In this document: positions 10,627 to 22,800 of the stretch, piece after piece
Numbering within the stretch: position 1 is the stretch's first letter
Layout of the letters: each line of letters opens with the position of its first letter
From: Cetorhinus maximus
Lineage: Eukaryota
Length of the DNA: 64,000 nucleotides
Assembly (NCBI RefSeq): GCF_964194155.1
Contig: NC_135891.1
Coordinates: 86,986,001 to 87,050,000 of the forward strand
Reading direction: 5' to 3'
Translations under genes and position numbers: made by a program
The notes under the pieces: model-generated
Databases searched by the model: none
Told to the model about the DNA's origin: nothing
What the model saw: only the letters and a program-made list of their open reading frames with translations

Positions 10627-13149
10627 CTATGTTGTGGTCGCTATCACTAAAATGCTCTCCCACCACCACCTCAGCCACCTGTCCGGCTTCATTCCCCAGA
10701 ATTAGGTCCAGCACTGCGCTGTCCTTTGTTGGACCCTCTACATATTGTCCTAAAAAGTCCTCAAGTTTCAAAAGTTTCAAGAAATCCACTCCATCCAAGC
10801 CCTTAACACTATGTCTATCCCAATTAATGTTGGGAAAGTTGAAATCACCTAATATAATTACCCTATTATTATTTTTACACACCTCCGCAAATTATGCACA
10901 TATTTGCTCCTCAATTTCCCGCTGACTGTCAGGGGGTCTATAATAAACACCTAACAATGTGGCTGCCCCTTTTTTAATCCTAAGCTCTACCAACAGAGCT
11001 TCATTCGATGCCCCCTCCAAGATATCATCTCTCCTTACTGCAGTAACTGACTCCTTAACATATTCCAGGGTATTTGGCTGCAGTGGGAGTCTGTTGGTGT
11101 GTTGACCATTCTGTGTGAAGAACTTCCAGATATTAGTCCTAAAATTGCTTTTGAGCTGCCTAAAAACAAAATACTGCAGTTGCTGGAAATCTGAAACAAG
11201 ATCACAAAATGCTGGAAAAACTCAGCAAGTCCAGCAACACCTACAGAGATAACAAACTAGTTCAATGCCCACTTGCACAAGGCTCAAGGCTCTGTATGCT
11301 CTGCTCCTGCATGATGCCCTATCCTACCTCAGCCGGCATTCACCCAGCGGTGAGTGGGAAACACCCAAAAAGTGTGAGGGCACTGGGGTGGGGGTGCTGG
11401 GGAACGGATCCTCACTGTCAAGCACTCAGTGCCTGATCAGCGGATCCAGCATCAGGATGGTGGTGGTAGGGGGTGGGTGGGGGCGGAGCCTGCTGAGAGC
11501 CACCTCCTGCCCTTGCTGCTGACCCTCCTCCCCCTGTGAACCCCAACCTGTGACCTCCATCCTGCAAAACCCCTTCTGCCATCAGTTGCATATTCCTGTG
11601 TCCCTTGGCTATCCAAGGCCTTGGGTGGGCATAGTGCCAGCCTCTGATTGGCTGGCAGCTTTCAGCAGGTGGGACCTCTGCTCCAAGGGTCTGCACTGGG
11701 GGAAGGCTGGCCGCTGTCCAGTTAAGTGCCTCATTGGTACTTCATGAAGCAGGCCTTCCGAAAAGAGACAACGTGGGCTCTTGATGGCTCTCCAGCCAGA
11801 GTATGAGACCTCCCCTCCCATCACTTCAATTAAATACCGCCCACAGTGTGTGAAAAGCTAAAAGTATGGGGAAAATATCAGATATGAGGATAGAGCAGGA
11901 AAGAGGCATTGAGGTAGAAGATCAGCCATGTTCTTATTGAATGGTGACGCAGGCTCAAGTCTCTGTTTGCTCTGTTCCTGCTCTTATTTCCTATGCTCTT
12001 AATAGGCAGGTGAAAGGGAAGCATGACAAACTGACAAAGCAGACCAGGACTCAGCAGTCCAAAAAATATGTCAATCCAGAAAAATGACAAAAGCTGACAG
12101 TCCAAAAACAGTGATTCATGGAAACATGAAGTTAGACTAAAAGTGCAATGGGACACAGGCTTGTGGCTGCAGATATACCAATATTACAATATACCAATAA
12201 ACCAATATTCCATAATTTTATTGAAGAAGGAAACAAATAAAGTACCTGAGAAATTGCTGTTTGTGATATTGACAGATTTAGAATCTGAAATTTGAATGCT
12301 GATGGCATGTTCATGAAATTGTGATTTTCATATTTTATTTGGTGTATTTTCAGACATTTTAGAGCATATGGTGATTTCACCTTTCAAGCCAAATATAATT
12401 TCTCCTGGAATAGATGCAGATATGTTGAAAGTGAAAGGAAATGTAGGGACCTAAAGCACAACTTCACTGGGCCCAGCAAATCTAACCCCAGATATGCCAT
12501 CATAATTTTTATCTTTTGGGATATCTTTTGGGATAGATGTGTAATTATGAACTGTATTGCATTCTTTATACACAAAACAAAACTGCCTCACTTTTGCATG
12601 AGCTCCTGTCGCTGACCTCATGGCAGCCCATAATTGCGATTAGTCAAGTTAGAGAAATGCTGAATTGACTGTTTTAAATAAGTAACTTTAATTTTTCAGT
12701 GGCTTCAGAAGGTATAAGGATGAGTCAATATCACTGAAACAAAACCTTAGAACTGAATTCTCATGAAGGGCCACACCCAAATTTTCACCTGATTTTACTT
12801 CTCAGATGCGAATCAGCATATCAACCATAGTTGATACTGTTAGCAATAGATGATTGCTTAATGCACTGGTATTACCTTTCTCCATCTGTTATTCTAACAG
12901 ACGGGTTAACCTGTTTAAAAAAGTCAACAAAGGAAAGTCAGTAGAAGGTGTAAAGCATTCATTTATTATCACCACAATAATTTCTGGCCTATATTGCGGA
13001 TGTGCACCCAAAGCTGCTGTGTTGGTGTCTGTGGCAATAATGGTTATGAATAGAATCTTCAATAGAAACAATGCCCCCAGTATTAATCAGAAAGCTGTTT
13101 CTGAGAAGAATAGAAATGATTTACTAAATGGTTCTAGGTCTGAACAGGC

Positions 13150-14020
13150 TTGAGTTGAGGAACAGAAAAGGAACACTTACATCGTTGAGAAGTTTTTTTA
13201 TAGAACTCCCAAACAGTGAGAAAGAGATCAATGCGCAAATTTGTCAATAAACTTCAAAGGCATGTGTTAAAAATTAGATTAGTAATATTAGGAAGCTTTA
13301 ATTTCCCTATATGGACTGGGAAAAACATAGCACTAAGATTAAGGAAGGAGAGGAAATTCTGATTTGTGTACAGATGAACTTTCTCTAAATCAATTTACCT
13401 CCAATCCAACAAGGAAGAAAGCAGTAAAATAAAAGCAAAATATTGTGGATGTTGGAAATCTGAAATAAAAACGGAGCTCTGAAGAAGAGTCATATGGACG
13501 CAAAATGTTAACTCTGTTTCTCTCTCTACAGATGCTGCCAGACCTGCTGAGTTTTTCTAGCATTTTCTGTTTTTATTATGAAAGGAAGCAGTGTTGAATC
13601 TGGTTCTGGGAAATGAAGTAGAGAAATTGGAATATGTTGGAAAGTGTACTGTTGTATGTTACAGCAGGAGATCACCTAGCTAACAATAACCATAACATAA
13701 TTCAGGTTAAAGTCAAAACAGAAAGAAGCCAGAAAATATTGAAGGTAAAAATGTTCAAGAGGGGAATAACTAACTTAAAGAAGGCTCCTAATAAGGTAGA
13801 TTAGAAAAGGTGATTGCAGGATAAAGCAATAATGAAGTAAAGGGCTTTCAGGGAAGAGATGGTTTGGGTACAAACTAGGTATACCCCTCAGAAGGGAAAA
13901 GGTAAAGTGTCCCTAGATGTAAAGGAAATTAAAGATAAAACAGAAGAAGGAAATTTAAGACAAAAGTCTGGAGTAAGATTCAATTAATAACCTGGAACAT
14001 TACAGAAAGTACAAGAGGGC
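13150..14020 (+). mobile_element. Highly decayed CR1 endonuclease region (continues 16895-18600), with a Penelope-type repeat at about 13428-13578
   Basis: Remnants of YR.P, G.FNFP..DW, LNLVLGNE and DH.II motifs; the later part has RT-like and 3' CR1 motifs. Confidence 0.6.
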
Positions 14021-14083
14021 ATTTATTTACTTTTATTTAGCATGTGCATATTCACAGAGCCAGACAATAGCCTTGTCAGTGGC

Positions 14084-14855
14084 TATATAGGTCTCCTCTA
14101 CATTGGAGAGACCAAACGCAAACTGGGCGACCGTTTTGCGGAACACCTGCGGTCTGTCCGCAAGAAAGACCCAAACCTCCCTGTCGCTTGCCATTTTAAC
14201 ACTCCACCCTGTTCTCTTGCCCACATGTCTGTCCTTGGCTTGCTGCATTGTTCCAGTGAAGCCCAACGCAAACTGGAGGAACAGCACCTCATCTTCCGAC
14301 TAGGCACTTTACAGCCTTCTGGGCTGAATATTGAATTCAACAACTTTAGATCTTAAACTCCCCCTCCCCCCATCCCCACCCCGTTTCTTCACCCCCCCCC
14401 TTTTTTTTCAATAATTTATATAGATTCTTCTTTCCCCACCTATTTCCATTATTTTTAAATCTAAACTAAAACCTTGTTAGTCTTTCCACCCCACCCCCAC
14501 TAGAGCTGTACTTTGAATATCCTGTCTTCCATTCTTAATTAGCACTTTTCTCAGACAAATGTCACCACCTTCGACGCCTCTTTGACCCTTTTGTCTGTGA
14601 CATCTTTTGATTATCTGCTCATCTCCACAATCATCACACCCTCAATGTGTCTCTCCACACCCCCCCCCCCCACCCACCCCCCCACCTTAAACCAATTATT
14701 ATTTCTCCCTTCTTCTAACTATGCTTCAGTTCTGCCGAAGGGCCATGAAGGCTCGAAACGTTAACTGATTTCTTCTCCGCCGATGCTGCCAGACCTGCTG
14801 AGTTTTTCCAGGTAATTCTGTTTTTGTTTTGGATTTCCAGCATCCGCAGTAGCTT
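14084..14855 (+). mobile_element. Penelope-like element 3' fragment (GIY-YIG endonuclease C-terminus, 3' UTR and terminal repeat)
   Basis: LLYIGETKRKLGDRFAEH...VACHFN...RKLEEQHLIFRLGTLQPSGLNIEF*. Confidence 0.88.
14726..14768 (+). ncRNA. Minimal hammerhead ribozyme motif (variant core)
   Basis: UCAGUU-CUGCCGA-A-GGGCC augaa GGCUC-GAAA-CG-UU-AACUGA; perfect 6-bp stem I. Confidence 0.5.
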
Positions 14856-15245
14856 TTAGCTTTTTGTTTTTAGAATTCTTTAAGCCCACCTTCAAGTTTG
14901 GTCAGTGGACACTCCTTGACAATGTGAGTCATTGTTTGGACTGCACCACAGCTGCAGCTTGGTTGGTCTTGGTGACCCCAGTGATATTAGGTGGCTGCAC
15001 AGAGGCCTTGGCCAGCCTGGTAATGGTTTAAAAGGGCCAATTGTTGACATGGGAGATCAAAGCTGGTTGGATGAGCTGTGGGGTCTATGATGAGAGAATG
15101 GTTTCTGGTGGATGTTTTCTCCTGCCAATCCTCCTGTCATAGGTCCTCAGCTGTTACTCAGCATGGTGGACTTAACCATATTGGGTGCCATGAGGGAAGG
15201 TGTATTGTTGGTGGGTTGAGGAGGTCATTGAATAAGGGCAGGTGT

Positions 15246-15385
15246 TTTTTTTTTATTCGTTTATGGGATGTGGGCATCACTGACCAGGCCAGCATTTATT
15301 GCCCATCCCTAATTGTCCTTGAGAAGATGGTGGTGAGTTGCCTCCTTGAACTGCTGCAGTCCCAGTGGTGTAGGTACACCACAAT
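15246..15385 (-). mobile_element. HER1/HE1-type LINE/SINE 3' tail
   Basis: gggcaataaatgctggcc tail plus poly-A on the minus strand; related copies at about 50900-51720 (+) and 52103-52600 (-). Confidence 0.7.
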
Positions 15386-15635
15386 TACCCTCCTGATGTG
15401 GGTGGGGGGACAATGTTGGTCAGGACTTGGAGCCAGAGGATGTGAGTTGGCTGAAGAGTACCTATGATGGTGCGCATTGTTGAATGAGCTGCACATCAAT
15501 AAATTTGGTCTGGGTGGACTGGTACCACACTGGGGTGTAGCATTCTGTAGTTGAGTTTGTGATGGCAAGAGCAGAGGTCTTTTGGTCTGGGCTTGTGATC
15601 CTCCTGAGATACCAGCTAGTTAATTACCAAGGTGG

Positions 15636-16538
15636 TGTTATGGCACCATGGATGGTAAATGCTGAACTGCTCAAATCCCAGAGGGAAACTTGAAACAATT
15701 GCCACAACTGTTTTTGCAATTTGTATTTTATTTCGAGATGTGTGCCTTTAATTCAGTAGTAATAAGTCCACTTAGTCTTTGAGGTCTTTTTAAAAAAATA
15801 AATTAAACACTTATTAATAGAAGGAAAGATTTTAAGCACATAACATTGGTCTACAAATTACTACTATGATAACTCCTAGCTCCCCTAATTAATCTGACTC
15901 CCAGTTACACCTCTGTTAAGGCAACAGTAAAACAAAATGGATTTCAACAGACCCAGGCAAAGTACACAATACCCTGGACAGTAATAGTCACAGTGAGTTT
16001 TCTTAGCTTTGGTTCTTGTAGACAGCAACTTGATACCTAGAGGCTGGAGCCTTTTCATATTTGTTAGACCTTACAATTCCTTCTTCCCTCACACATAACC
16101 TCATCTTATTTATACATATTTCACCCTTTTTAATGTAAATTTCATTGTTCTAAGATGTCTTTGCAACTTTACTTCTCACATAATATAAAACTTTCTTAGT
16201 ACTTGAATTATCAGTAACCTTTGGGAAAAATAAACACACTTTGGCTTAGCCTCTTATGGTTAGATGCAACATCTCATCATCTCTTTGAAATTCAACCTCC
16301 TCTGGTTTATTGAAAAATGCAAATGTTCCTCACACCTCACATTCTAAAACTCTATGTTTATGTATTTAGCATTTCAAACCTAGCTTCCCTTTTGATAACT
16401 CAAAAGCTCCAGAATAGCTGTCTTCAATTTAATAAAATCCCCCCCACACACACATACACAGAGAAACTAATCCAAACCTCACTATTAACCCACTTTAACA
16501 ATAAATCACATTATTATTAAAATTATATTTTCATGACA
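15636..16538. mobile_element. Solo LTR-like element (about 900 bp)
   Basis: TGTTATG...CATGACA ends; flanks ggtgg/ggagg; homologous to 29308-30251. Confidence 0.7.
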
Positions 16539-17644
16539 GGAGGTTGTTGCAGGTTTTAATTTTTCCTGTAGTCTTGATGAGGTACTGTCTGTATGTGAGG
16601 GTTCCATCAAGGGTGATCTCTGGATAAACAGAGGCCATCCTGGGTGATTTTTCTTAGCACTGTCATCGTGAAGGCAGAATATGCTAGAGGCTGTTTAATG
16701 GTATTTGGTTTTAGGCACCATGTCTCGCAGGAGTCGGCCAGCTTTGCAATGCTGTCATTTAATGTGTATTCTAGCTCAGGGAGAGTGAGTCTGTACGCCA
16801 CTGCAGGTGTCACCTGCATAGATAAACTTCCAGGACTGGGTTGGAGGCATGTCATTAATGTACAAATTGAACAATGTTGAGGCTAAGACAGGGCATTGAA
16901 AAGATTAAAATGGAAGACAAAAAGAGGTTATGAGAAAAGTCTATCAGACAACATTCAATTGAACCCTAAAGAATTTATAAATAGATAACATGCAGTTAAC
17001 TAGGAAAACATTGGGCCAATTAAGGACCCAAAGGAATACTTTCATAATCAAGGAAAGCCAGCAGAGATTTGTTAACAAAAAACTCCGTCTGCCAAACTTG
17101 AATTAATTCTTTGATGTGGTAAAAAGTTGATTAAGGTAGCGTAGTAGATGTTGTATGTATGAATTTTTGGAAAGTGCCACACAGGAGATTCATTAAAGAA
17201 ATGGAAGACAATGGAATTAAGGGGAAGTGGCAGAATGGAAAGGGAGTGGTTCATTGATAGGGAGCAGAGGATGGTGGTTGTGATGACTGTCACTTTAAGA
17301 TCAATTTGACTGAGTAGGAATATGATTTGTTCACCCAATGTGTTACTAGCATTGTGGAATGAATTCTAGGGGAGGAGTTCCTTAGAAAATGGTTGAGGGG
17401 GGCTGGTTAGATAGAAGCAGCCACAGAAGCTCTTGTGTAAATAAAGTTTGTTTCGTTTGACTAACAAGCCTCCCAGAGCATGTTTCTACTATGTTGGATG
17501 GATGCTTTCCAGGCTGGGAGATGTTCTGGAGTGGAGTATCCCAAGAGGCAGCTTTGGTTCCATTATTCTTGAATTTTTATAAATGGCCTATATTTGGGTG
17601 TGGGTAGCTGTATTATAAAGATTGCAGGTGATGAGAGGGTGGAG

Positions 17645-17900
17645 GTCATGTGGCACAATGGTGGTGTCCCTACTTCTGGGCCAGAAGCTCCAGGTTCAAG
17701 TCCCATATCAGGAGTTGATAGCCACAAAAGACATGCTCATAATCAACCTGTTTGGCCACATTATGAGCCATAAATCCTTACAACACACCTGATAGCAGGT
17801 GGTAAGAGTAAGTGTTTCCTGGTTAGCTATACCGCAGAAGGCAACAGTAAACCACAGCAGTATTTTGCTAAGCATAATCATGGACCAAACCAATGGAGTT
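17645..17900 (+). mobile_element. tRNA-derived SINE
   Basis: A box gtggcacaatgg, B box ggttcaagtcc; 3' part resembles an RTE-type aaggcaa...aaaccac...cagtattttgc motif. Confidence 0.55.
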
Positions 17901-19503
17901 CCATGTCACCAACACCCTCTTCGATGATACCTTACAGGAGGAGTTATGAAACTTAGCAATGTGGTTAGAGAATGATGAGGATAATTAGATAGGATGGTGA
18001 AAACAAAGTAGAGACAAAGTCAATGGAAATTGGCGATGTGGGAAATGATGCAGTTTGCATGGACTTAAACACAGCACAACTTAAGGCTAGATGATCAAAG
18101 ATCTTAGTGTCCATATACACATCCTTGAAAAAAGGTGGCATAGTAAGTTTGAGGTGGCTAAAGCTAACATGGACTAAGAGGGATGCATATAAAAGCAGAA
18201 ATCAGAGAACTGATTAAAATCACTGGTTAGGCCTCGGCTATAATATTGAGCGATTCTGGGGCAACACTCCAGAAAAAGATGTAAAGCCTCAAAACAGCAT
18301 AGGGAAATCTGACTAGGGAATGAGAGTCTTCAGTAATGAAAAAGTTAAGAGGGGAACTAATAGATAGTTTAACATTGGTTATCCACTCACTTGTCACAGA
18401 AAATAGAACCCAGAGGTTAGATTTAAAACCCTTAGGTGAAGGAGCTGGAGTGGATGAGGAGAAATCTTTCCAGGATTTGGATGCTGTACCAAGAGTGGAG
18501 GAAACTGATTCCATTATTAATTTTAAAGGGATTGGGTAGATAGTTGAGGAACTTGCAAGGTAACAAAAAAAGCAAGGGTGTTGAACTAAGCAACAGCACA
18601 GGCACAATGGGATGAATGACACTTGTTGCCATTTCCAAGACTGTGGCATGAATTCATCTACATTTGAAAGAGACAGTTAAGTGGAAACAAAAGGGGTTCC
18701 AATATTCTAGGAAATTGTACAAGAGCATAACAAATGGCTGGAGTGAGAAAGGCAGATTGTTTTAAGAGGACATTAGTCATCAGGGTGGCATCCTGATCTC
18801 ACCTTGTTCAATACCAAATGAATCAATAAGCTCAATCAAGGATTACCTGACACTTGGAATATGCTATTGCTGGTATTCCAGATGCACACCAGCAAGCTAG
18901 TTATGGTCATCACTCAAGAGTGATGGTCAGTTCATAAAACCTGACATTGAAAAACTAACATTTAATGTACCTGCAAGAGCTGGGTTGGTTAAACTTAGCT
19001 TAAAAGAACAAAAATATTGAGATCATGCTGATCAGGATATAGAAATTGAGAAACAATTGCTGAAGACTCAGTCCTTGTGAAAGGATAGGTCCAGGATTGA
19101 AGGGAGGGAAAGATTAACACAAGGCAAATGATTTTACTTGCAGCAGCATGTAACCAGGAAAAAAAAAAAGTGTTCAATATCAGCAGTGGATTTAGGGAAA
19201 AATTGACTGATAGAATGGCTTAGCCTAATTTGTTCGGTATGCATTTGTTTATTATAACTGGAAAGTACATAGAAGTATTCAAGTCAAGCAGCATTATAGT
19301 GGTAATAAAAATCATGCTTATGAAGTAGAATTCACATTAGTCTTAAACCATTCCTAATCAGAACTATCCTTACTCAAGACAGCAGATATTGTAAATATAT
19401 TCATACCCAGAGATAATTGGAGAAACAAATATACAATTCAATAAATGCCCATGATAATGGAAGGAAAACCCAAATCTATTGGGACACCTCAGATTGCTTC
19501 ATT

Positions 19504-19851
19504 TCAAGTTGACCCCTGAGCCTCCTGATTTTCAGTCAGCTGTGGGGTAAAGGGCCCCACTAGCCAGTTAAGGGGGGTGTTGTGACACAGATAGTCCATC
19601 ACCCCATCTATTGCCTCTTGGATCTTCTGCATTTGCTCTTTACTCTGGGTCAGGAATGGTGTTGAGAGATCTTGGAAGGAGGTGGCTGATGAAAGTGAGC
19701 TGTAGATCTCCTCTGCTAACTTACAGACATGCTGCACTTGATCCTCAATATTCTGAGGCAGACCACGAACATTTGAAGCCAGGGTTCGGCAAATGGTTTG
19801 GAGCTGGTCAGAGAAATTCTGAGTCATGGCCAGTGACTGAGATTCAAGACG
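19504..19851 (-). CDS. Gene B last exon (four-helix bundle C-terminus)
   Basis: [16 protein letters not shown] motif; stop at 19504-19506; AATAAA on the minus strand at 19248-19253. Confidence 0.92.
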   Translation of the reverse strand, partial: RLESQSLAMTQNFSDQLQTICRTLASNVRGLPQNIEDQVQHVCKLAEEIYSSLSSATSFQDLSTPFLTQSKEQMQKIQEAIDGVMDYLCHNTPLNWLVGPFTPQLTENQEAQGST

Positions 19852-22800
19852 CTGCAATATTTAAAAACAAACAAACATTTAGTTTTAGCCTATAAACTTT
19901 CCTTTGAAGACAGGGAGAAAGTACTTGCAAATTATTTGCGACAGCTAGTTTAATAATGAGAACCAGTTTAGGGAAGACTATTTAGGAATCAAAAAAAAGC
20001 ACACTTCAAATTACACCACAAACCATTCCCTGTTCAACCAAAGACTGAACCAGACAGTTAAAATGACAAAGGTTGCAACAGATGAGCTTCTGAAATCACC
20101 ACATTACCTACTTTAGGTCACATACTGTCAGAATGGTCATCCATGTCCAGAAATTACTTATTAAATTTCTGGATCTGCCTCCCAAGATCATGTACTGAGT
20201 TTTGGAATGAGAGATCAAGTTTACCAACTAGAAAAATCCCACCAACCCATTCCTTTGCCTTCATTTTGAATTTTCATCCTGCTTTTCAAATCCCTCCATC
20301 TTTCCTTCTCCCATCACCTTCTAGGATCTCTGCACATTAATTGACATCATTCCCATTTGTTATGCCTTCACCGCTTATATCCCAAGCTCCTGTAACATCC
20401 AACCAAGCTTTTGCCATCTACCCCAATAGCTAAGGAGCTGTGTCAAATTATGCTAGTCTGATTATGCCTTGGGATGCTTTATTATGTTAAAAGCAAGTTG
20501 TGTAAACATAATAGCCTGTTATAAGAGATTTTGGCATTGACTGAAGGACAAACGGTTGCCTTGACAGCCAAATCCTCTGGGTAAAGATTGGAGGTCATAG
20601 CCACCTTAAAAATGGATTCCTCTGAAAAAAAAAATCTACTAATATTTAAATAGTGTTAAAATTTGCATTTGATAACCACCCTTTGGAAGGATAAGATTTT
20701 GCTGTACCAGGGGTGTTGATGGTAGGGTTAGTGCTAATTAACCAACTCATTAGGGATGATTGACCTGTTTACAATTTCTGTCATAAGCCTTCACCCAGGT
20801 GGTTGCCCTTTTATGCCACTTGGCTAAAGGAGGTTAGAGACTATTATTTAATTTAATTAAGGATCCTGTCATTTGATGTTAAAGTTAAAGTTCTTACTTC
20901 AGTTTTTTCTGACAGCTCTACTTCTGCTTGATCACCCAACTGGTGCTGTCCCCAGTTGAGCAAGATCTGACTTAATTTGGCTTGAATCTCTTGGAGTTTG
21001 CCAGGAGTTGATTCAGCCCCTTTCTTGGTCATTTCAATCTGGAAATACATAAGTTGTTGGGAAGATATTCAGCTTCCAAGCAGGAATAACTTTCAAGCAT
21101 CCCCATTCAGAACACCATTCCAAAATTGAAGAATCAACTACATCATGAATACTTAACTGTACTGAATTAATTCTAAAGAAAGAGTAACTTGAACTATTCA
21201 AAGATCCTATAGTACATATGGAAAAAGGATAACAGCTTACATAGATCTATGGGGTGGTTAGTGTACAGTCTTAATTTTTTAGAATGCATAAATCGTTCAG
21301 CCCAACTAGTCCATTAGCATTATCCTCTATTTACTCCTCTCCCATGATTATCAAAACAAAAAAATTTTACTAGATGCAGTTCTTCAAAATTCTTGTTGGC
21401 CTTGAATGGAGTAGAAAAAATGAGCACAGCTAATATAGCATCCAAAAAAAGCCAGTTTTTCTTACCAGATCTACAAGGCTGCGAAGGCGAGAGAGTGTTT
21501 CCTGGCCATTCTCCTTGGCTTTCTGCATTCTCACTATGGAATACTCATATGCACGATTGTGAGCCTTTGAGGATAAAGATCCTAAGCGTACATAATAACT
21601 CTGCTCTTGTACTGTTGCAGTATCAGAATCTTCAATGGGAGTGGAAACTTTAGCTGAGACAGAAACAAAGTCTTCAGGTTGAATATTGGAGATAATGAAT
21701 GGGAGGACTTAGAAAAGTCTTTCCCCAAAATAAGCTCATATGCTAAGTCAACAGAAAATGCTTGATAAAGCAAACCAGAACCAAAGTCAGACTGGAGGAA
21801 GAATAGCCAGCCAGGTTGTGATTAAGATCTGGTTTAAAAGCTCAAGTAGATCAACAGCCAAGGATAATAAAAATTGATTTACAAGGAAGATAACATGAAT
21901 ACAAAGTTTCAGGTTTCTAGTTACCTAGTTCTTCCTTGGTCATAGGAAGATAGTAATCAACCAGCTCCTCAGTTTTGAGGAGAGAAATATCCACACCAGT
22001 AGCCAGGAGCTGACCCACAGCACTGGCACCTTCAACCACAATTGCTTTAGTTCTTTCCAGTTTGTCTTGTACTGCAGTTTTTACAACCTCAATTGCTGTA
22101 TCTTTTACATCAGCCAGGGTCACTAGATTCCCTGTTTCAACAAAGACCTGCAAGACAATGGATGTGCAGCTCAATTTGATGATTAAAAATGGCTGTTTAA
22201 ATGTTATGTACAGATCCATGAAAATATTTCACCTTTTTAAAAATTCTAGCTAGTTGCCAGATACCATAGATGCGCTCTTTTTTGGAAGCGAAGAGGCCGG
22301 GGGGGGGGGGGGGGGGGGGGGGTGGGTGGGAGAGAAAGAGGAGGAGGAGAAAGAGAGCAGGCACAAAGGAGGAAAGCCCTGCATTAGCAGGGAGAGCTTT
22401 TAAACCCAACATTTACAGCAGCTCCCACTCCAGGGTTCAATAGTAGTATTGGACCAGCAGTTCAAGAGCTTGAATGCTGTCAGTGAAATTAAAGATAATA
22501 TATCTGGGAACTTTGACCTCACAAGAGGGGAGAAAGAGATAAAGATTTGTTTGAAATCTGTTCATCCAATAACCTTCAGGGAACCTACCACACAATTTTA
22601 GTCACTCAGTGCCCTCTTAAGGTAGCCTTGTACATCAAATAACCAAGCCACAATTGTTTTTTTAATTGTTGGATTTAAAAATTGTAAGCAACCAAAAGTT
22701 GTAGCCTTAATTGGCTGCAACACTCCAACCAAGTTGACAATGCAATTTTCTTCAGGAGACTGAAGTCCTCTTGGAAAGAATTAAACACCAAATCTTAGTG

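Larger units (their letters stand above)
8103..11053 (-). mobile_element. 5'-truncated CR1 LINE: ORF2 endonuclease C-terminus plus RT; 458-aa open RT segment at 8178-9554
   Basis: GDFNFPNINW and SDHN (EN); PGNYRPVSLTS, GVPQGSV and FADD (RT); ATTCTGTG-type tail; possible TSD cttaaaatattc (8091-8102) / cttaacatattc (11054-11065). Confidence 0.95.
14870..16895 (-). mobile_element. Decayed non-LTR retrotransposon, probably I/Ingi-Vingi type, interrupted by other elements
   Basis: Minus-strand remnants LFNLYINDMPPTQSWKFIYA.D (RT) and C-terminal G(Q)GLC...HWG....CSCG..QTMTHIV.ECP zinc knuckle; clade tentative. Confidence 0.6.

Noticed and set aside
22299-22322. Poly-G runs (also 6777-6792 and 35182-35208) as functional G-quadruplexes
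   Set aside because: Simple homopolymers of unreliable length, with no positional homology between paralogs.
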